A stretch of DNA of 64,000 bases from Octopus sinensis (lineage: Eukaryota): NCBI RefSeq assembly GCF_006345805.1, contig NC_043003.1:13950001-14014000 (forward strand), written 5' to 3'. A program made the translations under genes and the position numbers. Positions 27,113-40,812 of the stretch are shown in pieces; the stretch's first letter is position 1; each line of letters opens with the position of its first letter. The notes beneath the pieces are model-generated. The model made no database searches. It worked only from the letters and a program-made list of their open reading frames with translations, and was not told the origin of the DNA.

Positions 27113-28212
27113 AAGAAGGAGGAGGAGATGGTGATGGTGGTAGTACATGTGTGTCTCTTTTACAGTTGGCAGTCACTGGGATGTGACCATACCTGGGACA
27201 CAATTGTATCCAAGAGTACGAATATAATTAAACATGACACGTAGAGGTAGACAGTCTGTTCACGAGGATCAACAGAGTTTAAACATTTAATTCAAGTTCC
27301 AGTAGCATTAAAAAGAATGATTGATATTTCCTGGCTGCCAGTGATATTGACACAGACTGAGGTCAGTAAATGCAGAAATGTGGATAAAACCCCCCGAAAT
27401 TAGTGATGCTCTCGTTAAAAATATATCAAGACACTAATAATAATTAGGCAGCAAGTCACAGAAAAATATGAGATGGCAAGAGAAAAGATCAAAAGTATAC
27501 TATGCATGGATGTCTATTTAAGAGAAGGTATAAAAATATATCAATTCTCCTCATCGCATAAACTAAATCACTTGGTTCAGAACAGGAAATGCATCAGAAT
27601 TTTATAACATGCCTGGCTTGTCACACTAATTTCAAAGAATTCACCACACCTGCACGGCTTTTATTATTCAGGATTCCTTTCCGACTGATTTGATCTGCTA
27701 AACTGTATGATTGCTAAAGGCGATTTATATTAGCAAACGGTTTTACTGTTTGGATTTTAACAGAGATTTATAATAGATGTTTATGAAACTTGTTTAATTT
27801 AAAAATAAAAATTTAAAAAAAAAAAAATGCATATATGTAAAAGTTCCTAGCTATATACATCACCTCATTCATATGCAAGTGAACTTATCGGAATGAGTGA
27901 AGTTAATATACTAAATATATTACACAAAAATTCCATATTCGTATTCTTTATGTCGACAGATAAATTATTCCAAATAATCTTACTGAGACGAAACACTAGA
28001 GATGTCTTCTCTTGCTCTCTCTCTCTCAATTCCAAAACTTACAATGTTCAATGAAGAAATATAAAGAAAACGCCCACGAATTTTCTCTGTAATTAATTTC
28101 ACCGTCAATTTTACTGTAATGCTCTCTCTCTCTCTTTGTTATATATCTAATTAACGAATAAGTCATACTGAAGATTCCCCAAAAGGATAAAATAGTACTA
28201 TACAGGATTACA

Positions 28213-28720
28213 GTGTAGACACATGGCTCAGTGGTTAGCGCATCGGGCTCACAATCATGAGGTTGTGAGTTCGATTCCCAGAGCAGGCTGTGTGTTGTGT
28301 TCTTGAGCAAGACACTTTATTTCATGTTGCTAGAATTCACTCAACTGCAGAAATGAGTTGTGATGTGACTGGTGCCAAGCCCTCTTGGCCTTTGCTTTTC
28401 CCTTGGATAACACTGGTGGTGTGGAGAGGGGAGGCTGGTATGCATGGACAACTGCTGGTTTTGCACAAACAATCTTGACCAGACTTGTGCCTGGGAGGGT
28501 AACTTTCTAGATGCAATCCCTAGGTCATTCATGACCAAAGGGGTTCTTTACCCTTTACCCTATGTACATATAATAGGTGTAAGAGGAGAGGGTGGTATGC
28601 ATGGGTGACTGCTGGTCTTCCATAAACAACCTTGCCCGGACTTGTGCCTCAGAGGGTAACTTTCTAGGTGCAATCCTTAGGTTATTCATGACCAAAGGGG
28701 GTCTATACCTTTTACACTTT
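28213..28720 (+). mobile_element. tRNA-derived SINE family H with duplicated ~150-bp 3' segment
   Basis: TGGCTCAGTGGTTAG / GAGTTCGATTCCC boxes; 3' segment repeated (28414-28560, 28575-28720); 12-bp TSD TACAGGATTACA at 28201-28212 and 28721-28732. Confidence 0.8.
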
Positions 28721-28764
28721 TACAGGATTACAACTAACTAAAAATTGTAAGAATGAAAGAATTT

Positions 28765-29025
28765 GGTCTAGTTGTTAGGGTAGTCAGCTAACAAATGTAA
28801 GTTCAATTCCTGGAAGCATGTTGAGTCCTTGAGCAAGACACTTTATTTCATGTTGCACCAGTCCACTCAGCTGGCAAAAGTGAGTAGTACCTGTAATTCA
28901 AAGGGTTGCCCTTGCCACATTCTGTGTCATGCTGAATCTCCATGAGAGCTACATTAAGGTTACATGTGTCTGTGGAGTGCTCAGCCACTTGCACATTAAT
29001 TTTACGAACAGGCTGTTCTATTGAT
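28765..29025 (+). mobile_element. SINE family I (Deu/Nin-like central region), truncated
   Basis: Homologous to minus-strand copy at 50320-50645; CTTGAGCAAGACACTT motif. Confidence 0.6.
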
Positions 29026-29072
29026 TAAAGAACTTCTAAGAACTTTGGCATAATATATACACACACACACTT

Positions 29073-29231
29073 AGGCATGTGGTAAGTAGCTTGCTTACAG
29101 CCACATGGTTCTGGGTTCAGTTCCACTGCGTGGTACCTTGGGCAAGTGTCTTCTACTATAGCCTCAGGCCGACCAAAGCCTTGTAAGTGGATTTGGTAGA
29201 CAGAAACTGAAAGAAGCCCGTCGTATATATG

Positions 29232-29268
<37 letters not shown>

Positions 29269-29475
29269 ATGTATGTGTGTCTGTGTTTGTCACCCCAACA
29301 TCACTTGACAACCGATGCTGGTGTGTTTACGTCCCCATAACCTAGCGGTTCGGCAAAAGAGGCTGAGAGAATAAGTACTAGGCTTACAAAGAATAAGTCC
29401 TGGGGTCGATTTGCTCGACTAAAGGTGGTGCTCCAGCATGACCACAGTCAAATGACTGAAACAAGTAAAAGAGTA
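29073..29475 (+). mobile_element. Family A SINE
   Basis: Homology to family A. Confidence 0.85.
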
Positions 29476-29523
29476 TATACATACACACACACATATATAT
29501 ATATATATATGATACAAAGAGAT

Positions 29524-29573
<50 letters not shown>

Positions 29574-30199
29574 CTTTTTGCATCCTTTCAGTGTTCCTGA
29601 TTTCAAATTCAAATGTTTAATCCCACTCACACTGAGAGAGAATAAGTTATTCCTTATTGTATTAACAGCCAACCAGAGGGCACATGTTTTCCTATTTTCT
29701 TTTCAGAAATTATATCCTGTTCAAGTAACTCCACCACTACCACCACCACCATACACAATACAAACCACAATAAAGAGAAGGTTGCCAAATTCTATAACCA
29801 CCAAACAACCTGCATGACCTGTATATTATATTTTCTAAACTGTATCCTGAAAGTGTTCACATAGCAATATGAACCAAGGACTAATTCTGAGTTCATCTCT
29901 AGCTAATCAAAGAGCCAAGAAAAACACTGAAGAAAATTCTAAAATTCTCTGACCAGACAGATATTACACAATGGCCAATGCTATAAATAGCAGTTACAGC
30001 TAATTTCCATCTCGAAACACGTGGTGTTCGTCGACTGAGCCAAAGAAAGAACCACTGTGTAAACTGTTCCACCTGCATCTAAATTTTTCTCAACAACATA
30101 TATCCTTACCCTGCATTGGTAGCTATGTTTGAGAATGTGATTCATTGTAACTGTTGCCAAAATAACGGCCAGAGCAAAAAAGTTGGATCTAGAGGTGAA

Positions 30200-30688
30200 G
30201 TCGTTGTCGTCGTCATCATCATCATCATCGTTTAACATCCGTTTTCCATGCTAGCATAGGTTGGACGGTTCGACCGGGGTCTGGGAAGCCAGGAGGCTGC
30301 ACAAGGCTCCAGTCTGATCTGGCAGTGTTTCTACATCTGGATGCCCTTCCTAATGCCAACCACCCTGTGAGTGTAGTGGGTGCTTTTTATGTGCCAGGGG
30401 AGGCTGGCAATGGCCATGATCGGTTGGTGCTTTTTACATGCCACCGGCACGGAAGCCAGTCAAGGCGGCGCTGGCATCCACCAGATTCGGATGGTGCTTT
30501 TTACGTGCCACCGGCACAGATATCACAACTACAATTTCCATTTGATTTTTTGATGTTGATGTACTTGACTCAATAGGTCTCCTCAAGCACAGCAGGTCAC
30601 CCTACGATCCAAGGTAAGCACAGCAGGCCGTCCTGCGATCCAAGGCACTTTGGATGGGCTGGGGCCTCTATGTGAAGCTGGTGCAGGA
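30200..30688 (-). mobile_element. Long family C element
   Basis: Colinear with 14318-14834. Confidence 0.85.
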
Positions 30689-31084
30689 CCTGTCTAAATT
30701 TTACAATTAATGAACTTTGAGTAGCTTTACAATTCTGATTGTAACTCTGAGTTCAATAAAATATTAAAGTGGATAGTAGACACTTACCCATGAGGTTTGG
30801 AAGAAAACTTCTTACCACACAGCTACACCTGAGCCTATACACATACCCAATATTTTTTGCAACCACCAGAGTGACTTCAGACTTGTGAAAGGAAAGCTTT
30901 ATGTTACTCAGAATGTACGACACAAAAGGCAACCTAAGAGACTGAAAACAAGCTCAGACATTTAGGATAAACTTATGAAAATGCTTTGGACAGGCAATGC
31001 ATTAAGCTAACGTTTGAAACATGAATTTATGTTACATTAAAATTTATGTAACATGAAAATTTATGCAACATGAAAATTTAGGTA

Positions 31085-31650
31085 AAGGCATGTCTGTGTG
31101 GTAGGTAAGAAGCTTGCTTCCCAACCACATAGTTCCGGGTTCAGTCCCACTGCATGGCACCTTGGGTAAGTGTCTTATACTATAGCCTCAGGACGACCAA
31201 AGCCTTGTGAGTGGATTTGGTAGATGGAAACTGAAAGAAGCCCGTCGTATAAACAAACTAACATTTGTTTTTTTTTATAAAGAGAAGAGCTGCAACGTGT
31301 ATATAGTACAAATAAGATGATAATTTATTTTTGAATGCAGAGATGCCATTAGAACAGCAGAAATATTGGATAAATTATCCTTACAAAGAAGAAAAATTTG
31401 TCAACAACCAGTTATGGGATGTGTGTGTGTGTGTGTGTGTTTGTCCCCCATCACTGCATGACTACCAGGGGTATGTTCATGTCCCTAAAACTTGATGTTT
31501 CAGGAAAAGGGACCAAAAGAATAAGTACTTGGCTTTAAAAATAAGTTCTGGGGTTGATTTGTTTGACTAACCCCGCCCCCATCCACCCTTAAGGTAATGC
31601 TCCAGCATGGCCACAGTCAAATGACCAAAACAAGCAAAAGAATAAAAAGA
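31085..31650 (+). mobile_element. Family A SINE pieces (31085-31250 and 31420-31650)
   Basis: Homology to family A. Confidence 0.7.
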
Positions 31651-32384
31651 ATTTAGATCACTCTAAAACACTAAGTTTGTATCGTAAAAAAGAACAAAAA
31701 ATAACAAAACCAAGAACTGTCTCAGGTAGGTTGATATCAAAAAGGTTTAAATGCTTTCAAAATATCTCTCTGCCAACAGGTAACAATAAGGTGAGAATAG
31801 TTTTTAACATGGAGCATTTATGGAGTCACATTTTTTCGTTGCTAAGGCCCTTCCTTAGATATATTAGCAAATATTGTTTCTATGCATTCTTTGTAACCTA
31901 GCAGTTCCTAGCAAACCAACAAGCATTTGGACACCAGAAAGAACGTTCTAGGTTGGTTAGTATGAATTTCTCTCCAGTTTACAAGCAGTTTAAATAGATT
32001 GTTTTGTTTTTGTTTTGCTTTTTTTTTTTTTTAATTTGACTTTTCTATTTCAAATATTGATTTCCTATAGTGACTGCTTTTACTGCACAATCATCATCAT
32101 CATACTCATCATCATCATCATCATCGTTGCCATTCTTACCACCTCCACCACCATCATCGTTTAGAGTCCACTTGTCCTGCATGGATGAGGAATTTGCCGA
32201 GGCAGATTTCCTACAGGCAGATGCCCTTCCTGTCACCAACCCTCGCCTGTCTCCAAGCAAGGCAATAATTCCCCTAAACCCTGACAAAACATTTCATGAC
32301 GATCCATAATGAATGTCATTAACTTACCACACAGCCACTCCAATATACACACACACACATATAGAAACCTGTCACATATATATC

Positions 32385-33080
32385 ATCATCATTGTCATCA
32401 CCATCATCATTTAATGTCCATTTTCTATGCTAACATGGACTGGGTGGTTTGACAGGAACTGACAAGCCAGAGAGCCTTGCCAGACTCTAACTGTCTGTTT
32501 TGGCATGGTTTCTACAGCTGGATACCCTTCCTGATGCCAACCACTTTACAGAGTGTACTGGGAGCTTTTTATATGGCACCAGGACGGATGCATTTTTACG
32601 TGATACATTTGTATCTGTGTGTCTTTGTCAACCAAGTCCACTCACAAGTCTTTGGTTGACCAAGGATTATAATAGAAGGCACTTTGCCCTGGGTACCAAA
32701 CAGTGGAACTGAACCCAAGACCACACAGTCACACCTGCACCTGTATCATCATCATCATTGTTTAGCGTCCGCTTTCCATGCTAGCATGGGTTGGATGGTT
32801 CAACTGGGGTCTGGCAAGCCAGAAGGCTGCACCAGGCCCAGTCTGATCTGGCAATGTTTCTACGGCTGGATGCCCTTCCTAACGCCAACCACTCTGTGAG
32901 TGTAGTGGGTGCTTTTTACATGCCACAATCGGATGGTGCTTTTTACGTGCCACCGGCACGGAGGCCAGTCAGGGGCGGCACTGGCAACGGCCACGTTCGG
33001 ATGGTTCTCTTACGTGCCACCGGCACTGGTATCACAGCTGCAATTTCCATTGATGTTGATCGATTTTGATTTTGATTTTG
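32385..33080 (-). mobile_element. Two family C elements with an intervening family A fragment
   Basis: Homology to other copies. Confidence 0.75.
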
Positions 33081-35004
33081 TATATTGATTGAAATTGATA
33101 ATTAACAAGCTAATGAAGAATAATCGCCAAATCCCCTCAGATATCATATTCTTTTCTTAAAAGGATATGGTAAGGATATGTACTGTCTTAAAAAGAAATA
33201 TAGCATAATGATACCCTGAGTATATGATGAAGTGATGGGCATGGTTGGAATATATTTAATCACAGGTCTGCTCAGTCAGAACTGATCTTGGCAAAAAACA
33301 GCAACAATCAATAAATAATTAATATACCCAATGTTTTAAATACCACACTGGGCTATAAAACAAGTAGACAAATTGATCAGAATCTTTGACTACAATTTTG
33401 TGTGTTCCATAAGCAACATCGTAAAATAAAATTAAGGAAAGTAGGCATGGCTTTTTACATGCACACACATGCACACATGCGCGTGCATGCATGCACATAC
33501 ACAAAAGCATGGCGGATGCAGATGTGAATGGGCATGCATGTCTCTCGTGCCATTTCTCCTTTTTCTTTTTTCTCTCTCTTTCACAATTGCTTGAAATAAA
33601 ATCTTCTCACCACATGCCACAAACCAAATAGGAATCGATTCTATTAAACCATTTACCAAAGTACTAATGCCTGCAATTTTTATGCTGCAAGACAACAACA
33701 ACAACAACAAAAAAAAGAAAAAGAAAAAGAAAAGAAAGAAAGAAAAAAAGAATAGAAAATATTCACAACAGATGAACAAGTTCAGTCTTTGGCTTTAACT
33801 AATAAAGAATCTTGTTCCTACTTTAAAACTTTACTTTATGCGAAGAGTTACTAGAACCAAAATGAAACTAATCAATATTTTAAGGCTCCGCCAGAGCCGA
33901 AGACTCATCAACCTTTTCCAGAGGAAGTTGTTTTATAGCGAACGTTAGAAGACTTCATAAAAATTTATGAGGTGCTAAATTACTTTTGGTGCCCATCACT
34001 GCAGTACGGAATTGAGTGAAGAACCATACGCAAAAAGGTTGGTAAACCCTACCTCGCCATTGTATTGTGGAAGGTTGAAAATTGGAAAACATGAAAAATC
34101 AATAACATGAATGAATAAAAAAAAAAAATTAAAAAAAAAAAGATAAAATAGAAATAAAAATTGAATAAAATAAAATACCTCCAGCGATATAATCATTTGC
34201 ATTTAAATCGAGATAATAAAATAAAAACTAAATTTTTGTAGATTTGAATGTAGAAAAAAAACCAAAAAAAAAAACCATCATGAAACCCCTTTTATTATCG
34301 TCTTTTATTATAACAGGATCTTATGTCTTTGCTCTATTCAGTCACATGGTTTTTCAATGCTCGGCCGTTTTTTGAAAAATTTATGTTATTTATGTATTTA
34401 TTTATTCCCCCCCCCCCCACCACCACCACCACTCCCTCCTCCCTCTTCGAATTTTAATATTTTTCCTTTTGCAATTTAACAAATTTAAACCTTCAGCAAC
34501 AAACCGAATTAAACTGGTAACATTAACATCAAAATAGCAGAATAAATTATTGCACGAAATAAGAAATTCTATTGAAAGAAACCTTGTTGCTGCCATTGTC
34601 GTGTTTAACACTTGCCATAGTGATTCTCTCACCCATGAGATCAATTTATAAAACGAGAAAAACTGATGATTTACAAACCTCACAGAGAAGTACCAGCATG
34701 TAATTTAACAAAAGAGCCTTCATTCAGTAGCTAATTAACCAAGAAATTTAATGGTAACCAACTAAGACCGTAATAATAAAACAGGAGGAATACTATGAAA
34801 GATGGAGATACCAAAAATACTTGAAGTAATATAAATGCCAAGTTCCAAACTGTATCTTTTATCCTTTACTTGTTTCAGTCATTAGATTGCGACCACGTTG
34901 GGGCACTGCCTTCAGAAATTTTTAGCTGAATGAAGCGACCTCGGTACTTGTGGTAGTGGCGGAGGGGTAAACACAGACACAAAGAAACAAACACACACAT
35001 ATCT

Positions 35005-35935
35005 TCTATCTTTTACTTGTTTCAGTCATTAGACTGTGGCCATGCAGGGGCATCACCTCGAAGAATTCTTTTTTAGTTGAATGAATCTGTAGTAAGTCAG
35101 GAAAGCTATTTGGATTGCTGTGGTATAGAACAGTTGTGCTGTGGCATACTCCAGCCAATCAGGGCTGGATGCATAGGAATGCAAATGGCAGTTATCTGAC
35201 CTAGCAGAGAAGTGGGAGTTTTAGGAAGTCAGGGAAAAGATGGCACAACAGTAACAGTTCACCTCCTGAACAGTCTAGTTCATTTATGTTAACTTCATTC
35301 CTCATAAGTCTGGATGACATCAGCTTCAACTCTGCCTCATAACGAACTGTATATTTTTGTTTAAGCTAGTTTCGTTCCTATTAGCTTACAATGGCTTCCA
35401 GCAGAACCATTTTATGCAAAAGTAAGTTATCATACTTTACCTGACTCCCATACACATACAGGCTACACCTCTTGATTCTTGTCAGCACCCGTTTCTATTC
35501 CAATAAAGTTACAATGTTTTGTTTAAAATTCATTACACATGCTCCTCAAAAGCTCATTTAATGGACTTTGTCACAAACACTTTCATACTTTAAATTAGTG
35601 ACCTCCCTTACTAAAAGTCAATCCCAGTACTTATGTTTTTTTTTTTTGTAAAGCCTGCTAGTTATTCTGTCGGGCTCTTTTGGTGAAATTCCAAGTAACA
35701 GGGATGTAAACAAACCAACACCAGTTGCCAAGTAGTGGTGGTGGTGAAAACACACACACACACACATAATACGGTGGGCTTCTTTTAGTTTCTCCCAACC
35801 AAATCCAACCACAAGGCTTTGACCACCCTGAGGCTATAGTAGAAGACACTTGCTGAAGGTACCACACAGTAGGACTGAACCTGGAACCATATGATGAGAA
35901 GGAAAATTCCTACCACACAACCATACCTGCACCTA
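35005..35935 (-). mobile_element. Family A SINE split by a solo LTR
   Basis: SINE sequence stops at 35087 and resumes at ~35616. Confidence 0.7.
35088..35615 (+). mobile_element. Probable solo LTR
   Basis: TGTAGTAAG...CTTACTAAA inverted ends (1 mismatch); AATAAA at 35502; degenerate 4-bp TSD AATC/AGTC; interrupts a SINE. Confidence 0.6.
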
Positions 35936-37645
35936 CTATAGTTTATATCATTCAAACATTTTGTTTCTATTATAGTTTATTCATCAATCTGACCCATGTA
36001 CAGTTGAAGACATTACAGAATTTGACCATCCTACCTGCTTGTTTTTTGTTTTCGGTATGCCCAGGGTTGCACTGTTCCACATACTCTCACAGTTTTAAGA
36101 TGGTATTGATATCTTTTATTTGTTAGAGTCACTGAACCATAGCCATGAAGGGTGATGTCAAACAAATCAACTACCAGTACTTATTGTTTATTTTTCCTCA
36201 AGTTTGGTACTTGTTCTGTCAATCCCTTTTGCTGAACAGCTGAGTCACAGGGATGTACATGAGCTTCTTTCAGCTTCTGCCAGCCAGATCCACTCACAAG
36301 GCTTTAGTCAATCTGAGGCTATAGAAAAAGACACTTTCCCAAGGTGCCATGCAGTGGGATTGAACCCAGAACCACGTGGTTGGGAAGCAAGTTTCGTACC
36401 ACACGACCACACCTTCACCTATATTTACATTTTACAGTCAGCTACTCAACTGCGAGTCCCCAAATCCTGGTTAGTTTAGCACATCTCATACCTGATCAAA
36501 CTAAATTTATTTATTCAATCTCCAAGAGAATAATGAGTGTAGAAGATACAGAATTGTCCTCAGAAGAAGGAATGTTAAAGCAAACCCTGCCAAAGTATGA
36601 TTTGAAGCTAGTAGGCCCTGAACCATTCATTGACAAGTTCTACACTAACCCAATTGCTCTAGATTGTTGAAAGACACTTAGCAACTGCTGCAAAGAGAAG
36701 ATGAGAATATTGTAAGAAAGCCAAATGCTAATGAAGTAGGAGGGAATGTTTTAGTGCAGAGCCAATCCACATAGCACCAGTTATAATTGGTTGAGTTTAT
36801 AGAGTTCAATTTGGGTTCAAAGCAAGTTGGTAGGGAAAACTGGTTGGAAAAGGGGACACATTTTCCAAGAGAAATACAAAATGGTATCAAAACTACATTT
36901 AAAACAGTTGCAGAGGCTACACAGATATATCAGAATAAACTAGAAAACCATATATATATTTTAGTCACTAATCAAGATTAATTCAGAAACAGGAAACTCA
37001 ATTTCAATTATATTTTATTTTATGTTTTAGTTTTTTTTTTTTTTTTTTTTTATGTGGCTGTTATATTCTAATTAATGTGAAAGTATAGTTACTGCTATTC
37101 TGCAGATTCATTATCTAGTATCTTTTGTCAACGAGAGATGCGATTCCTTTTTGATATTCTAATTTAGAATACTTACCTTAAGGTTAGAAAATCAACTGTG
37201 ACGTTGCTAGTTAGCAACTTTAACAGATTAATTATTTTTTTTTTAATAACATTAAAAAATATATATATATATATTATAGATAAATATGAGCTCTTCTCAA
37301 AATGAGAGAAGAAAGAAATATTTTTTAAAAAACCCGAGGTGAATGAATTTTAAATATTTGTTTAATGAAGAATCTGCAAAAGGTTCGTAATTAGTTAATA
37401 CACTCAGTTCTAGAAATTAAAAAAAAATAATATCTTAATTATGAAAAATGAAAAATTAAGCAAAATAAAAGGAAAAAAGAAAAAAAGATAAAATATAAAT
37501 ATTAAATGCAAAACAACATCTGCCTGCACATGTTGTGTAGTTTCTATGACGTTTGGTGCTTCATATGTCAAGATAACTCTGCAATTTGCTTTGTCTTGTA
37601 AAAAGTAGATTATGCATAAAGCTTGTGCCAACCTACGTCGTCATC

Positions 37646-37891
37646 ACCGCCACCACCACCATTGTCATTGGCAAAACTATCGCCACCGCCACCACCACCA
37701 TTGTCATTGGCAAAACTATCGCCACCGCCACCACCACCATTGTCATTGGCAAAACTATCGCCACCACCACCATTGTCATTGGCAAAACTATCGCCACCGC
37801 CACCACCACCATTGTCATTGGCAAAACTATCACCACCGCCACCACCACCATTGTCATTGGCAAAACTATCGCCACCGCCACCACCACCACC
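37646..37891. repeat. 39-bp minisatellite, about 6 copies (one 33-bp unit)
   Basis: Unit ATTGTCATTGGCAAAACTATCGCCACCGCCACCACCACC. Confidence 0.95.
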
Positions 37892-38024
37892 TTCCATCAA
37901 GTTTCACAGTCAATGAATCAAATTCAATTAATACAGTGTTCCATTATTAAGGGCCAGGTATCTAAAGGTTCTCCTTCTCTCCCTCTCCCTCTCTCTCTCT
38001 CTTAGCTGCTCTTTGCCAAACAGC

Positions 38025-38929
38025 TTAACCCTTTTACCATTCAGATTGCTCTATCGATTGTAATGCTTATTTTATTCACATTGTCTTGAATAAATCACGT
38101 ACTGTCTTGTAGCTTTGAGATTTTGATGATATGCTTGTCTAATTTTTAGAATGGCTTTGCAGGGTAGGTGTGAAAGGCTGGATCTGGCCGGTTTTAACAT
38201 AAAGACAGGTTGAGCACTAGGGATGGATATGGCCAGTTTAACCCTTTAGCAGTTAAACTGGCCATATCCATATCCAGGCCAAATATGTAGATTATATTCC
38301 ATGTTCAAACAAGCTAGATCTGGCCTCTTACACCTATTCAACCATGTCATTATAAAGATAAACAATCACGTGATCAAAATCTTGAAGTGACAAGACGATG
38401 TATGATTATGTATGATTAATTTAAAACAAAGAGAGTAAATAAACGTTACATTTGACAGAGTAATCTGAATGCTAATGGGTCTGTAGTGACGCCGTCTTGG
38501 AAATCTCCAGCACGCATGCACAGGGTTGGAGTCTTCCGGAAGGCCTGCCGAAAGTTCCCTCATGCGCATGCGCAGAAAACTAGCAGCAGCGAAATTCTCT
38601 TGTATTGCTCTCTTGGACACCAGCAGCTGAACAAGACAGACATGTCTCCAGCAGCTCTCTTGAGCTGCTACCTCATGGCACATGCTATGCTTGAACGGGC
38701 AGGATTGACTCACTCCACTTGACTACTGCCGATAAGCTCCTAGGCTGCCGATTTGCCAAGGGGAAGGAAATGTTTATACTGCGAATCAAAGAATAAATAT
38801 TTATATTGTTGAAGTTAACGGAAAATCTTGACTCATTCTTCAGTTAATATTTAAGGTAAAGGATGTGGGCTGCACCCATCCAGTGCGGGTATCTCTCACC
38901 CTGTTACAGGTCAAACACTAAAGTGTTAA
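38025..38929. mobile_element. Nested family E MITEs: outer copy (-) with inner copy (+) inserted at TTAA 38238-38241
   Basis: Outer copy terminus resumes at ~38914-38929 (ACACTAAAGTGTTAA). Confidence 0.7.
38482..38908 (+). mobile_element. Solo LTR (Gypsy-like, 427 bp)
   Basis: TGTA...TACA termini; perfect 4-bp TSD GGTC (38478-38481, 38909-38912); internal AATAAA. Confidence 0.8.
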
Positions 38930-39876
38930 AACTTAGAAATTGCTTGAAAGTCATAACATGTCGGCAGGAAATAACATCACTAGGTGAGACAAGCTGACAC
39001 TGAATCAGCTTTGCTGACTGACAGGTGATGGTCGTTTAGAGAATGCACGGGCTAAGACTACGTGCCTTCACTAGTCAGTTAAGGTGAGACAGTGTCATGT
39101 GACAACTTGCTGGGGCTGCCTGCTGGAGCCTAGCGGCAGGTATTTAAAGGGAAAAATCTGACAAGTCAGTCAGTCATCGGCTGCCACTCACTGACGATAC
39201 ATCGAAGAGGCCAGGGAACAGAAGAAAGAAGACATGCACCCAACACCAGAGCTGAAGACACCTCCGAAAGGGGAGCCCTGCCATGTCAAAATGGTAGAGG
39301 AGGAGGGGCCAAAACCGGACGTGGTTACTCCTGATGATGTCTTGAGCTAACTGGATCCTATAAAGGAGCTGTTGTGGTAGCAGACCACGAAACACGGTTG
39401 AAATTCCTTCCTAAGATAAATGATTCCTGTTGAATGAAAATTGAGTGTTAGCAAACTATGGCAAAAGATAGAAAACTAGAAGAATCTGAAAGCCAGACTA
39501 ACTCCTGTCTGAAATCTTCAAAGAAGTAGAATATGCCGTAAATACAATGGAAGATGGGAAGGTAGCTGGAACAGATGAAATAGTAGCAAAAGCATTAAAA
39601 CATGGAACCACAATCTCAATCTAAGAACAGACGCATGTAAAGTAATGGATGAGAGAGGGCAATGTACTGAGATGAAACGAACTGCCTTCGTGTCATTCCT
39701 GCCATGCGACCAAAAGAGCTCAAAACTGCAGCCTAGAACCATAAACTTGGTGAGTCGTGACTAAACTATAACTATACATCAACTGACAAAGAATCACAGA
39801 AAGAATAAATGAAAATGAAAAAACAAAAATAATAACAATAATAACAATAACAATAATAATAACAATAATAATAATA

Positions 39877-39925
<49 letters not shown>

Positions 39926-40653
39926 AAGCAAAAGAAAGAAGAGTGCCACTATTATCAAGTGAACGATATTTTGGCATATCTAGCGTGCCTTCTTTCTTTT
40001 GCTTCTGTATATCTACTGGAGGAGTTACCTCAATCCTCCTATTCCTCCTCCTCCTCCGACGACGGTGATGGTGATGGTGATGGTGATGATGGTGATAGGC
40101 CACGTGCAGTACCAGGCACTGGTTCTCATGGCTTCCGAGCTTAACTGATTGCAAATGTTATCATGTACATTGTTTCGTCTTGGTATAAAAGATGGCCTAC
40201 AGCAAATATTCTGCTCAGTACCACAGACTTACTTGTAAGTTCTTTTTGACTGTAATAAGGTGAGCATGTCCCTTGGTGGCTGATATGTGCATCTATCCCT
40301 GATCATGAGCAGAAGTAGTGGAGGAGCATCATAGCCATGTGTTGAGAGGAATTCTTTGGAGTTTGAACAATTCATCTTTGGAAACAGGAGTGTTTTGTTC
40401 ATTGTCCTTAAGCAAACATAATTCAGGGACCATTTGAGCAAGATGGGCTATTCAACCCAAAGAAAATTCTAACAGGACCCCACTTGTTTATGTTGATATG
40501 AGATACCATGTTGCTTACATATGGTTGTGATGCATGTGCCTGATGTACCCTTATCAGATGGGTTGTCATGATGGGTATACTGGGCTTCGTATAGTTTACC
40601 CCAGTGTCACTTTGATGACATGTACTTCTCTCTCACCCAATAATAATAATAAT

Positions 40654-40812
40654 GAGTGTTTTTTACTGGGCACTGCACACATCCTACACAAACACTTTCA
40701 ATACTGTAACCATCAGAGCACCACAACAAATCACAACACATACCCAAGGCACATAGAGCTGAGCTCGGTAGTGAAGTGAAAGCACGCTATAAAAATAAAA
40801 CTACTGAATAAA
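40654..40812 (+). mobile_element. 3' end of R4/Dong-clade non-LTR retrotransposon
   Basis: Encodes LLGTAHIL (typical R4/Dong C-terminus LLGTAHILRK), then a short UTR; flanked by (TAA)n on both sides. Confidence 0.65.

Noticed and set aside
37612-37950. His/Cys-rich repeat ORF as a metal-binding or structural protein
   Set aside because: Several frames are equally open; no signal peptide, splice context or other coding evidence.
38960-39400. Possible additional LTR remnant (TATTTAAA box, higher GC)
   Set aside because: Could not define a 3' terminus or TSD by eye.
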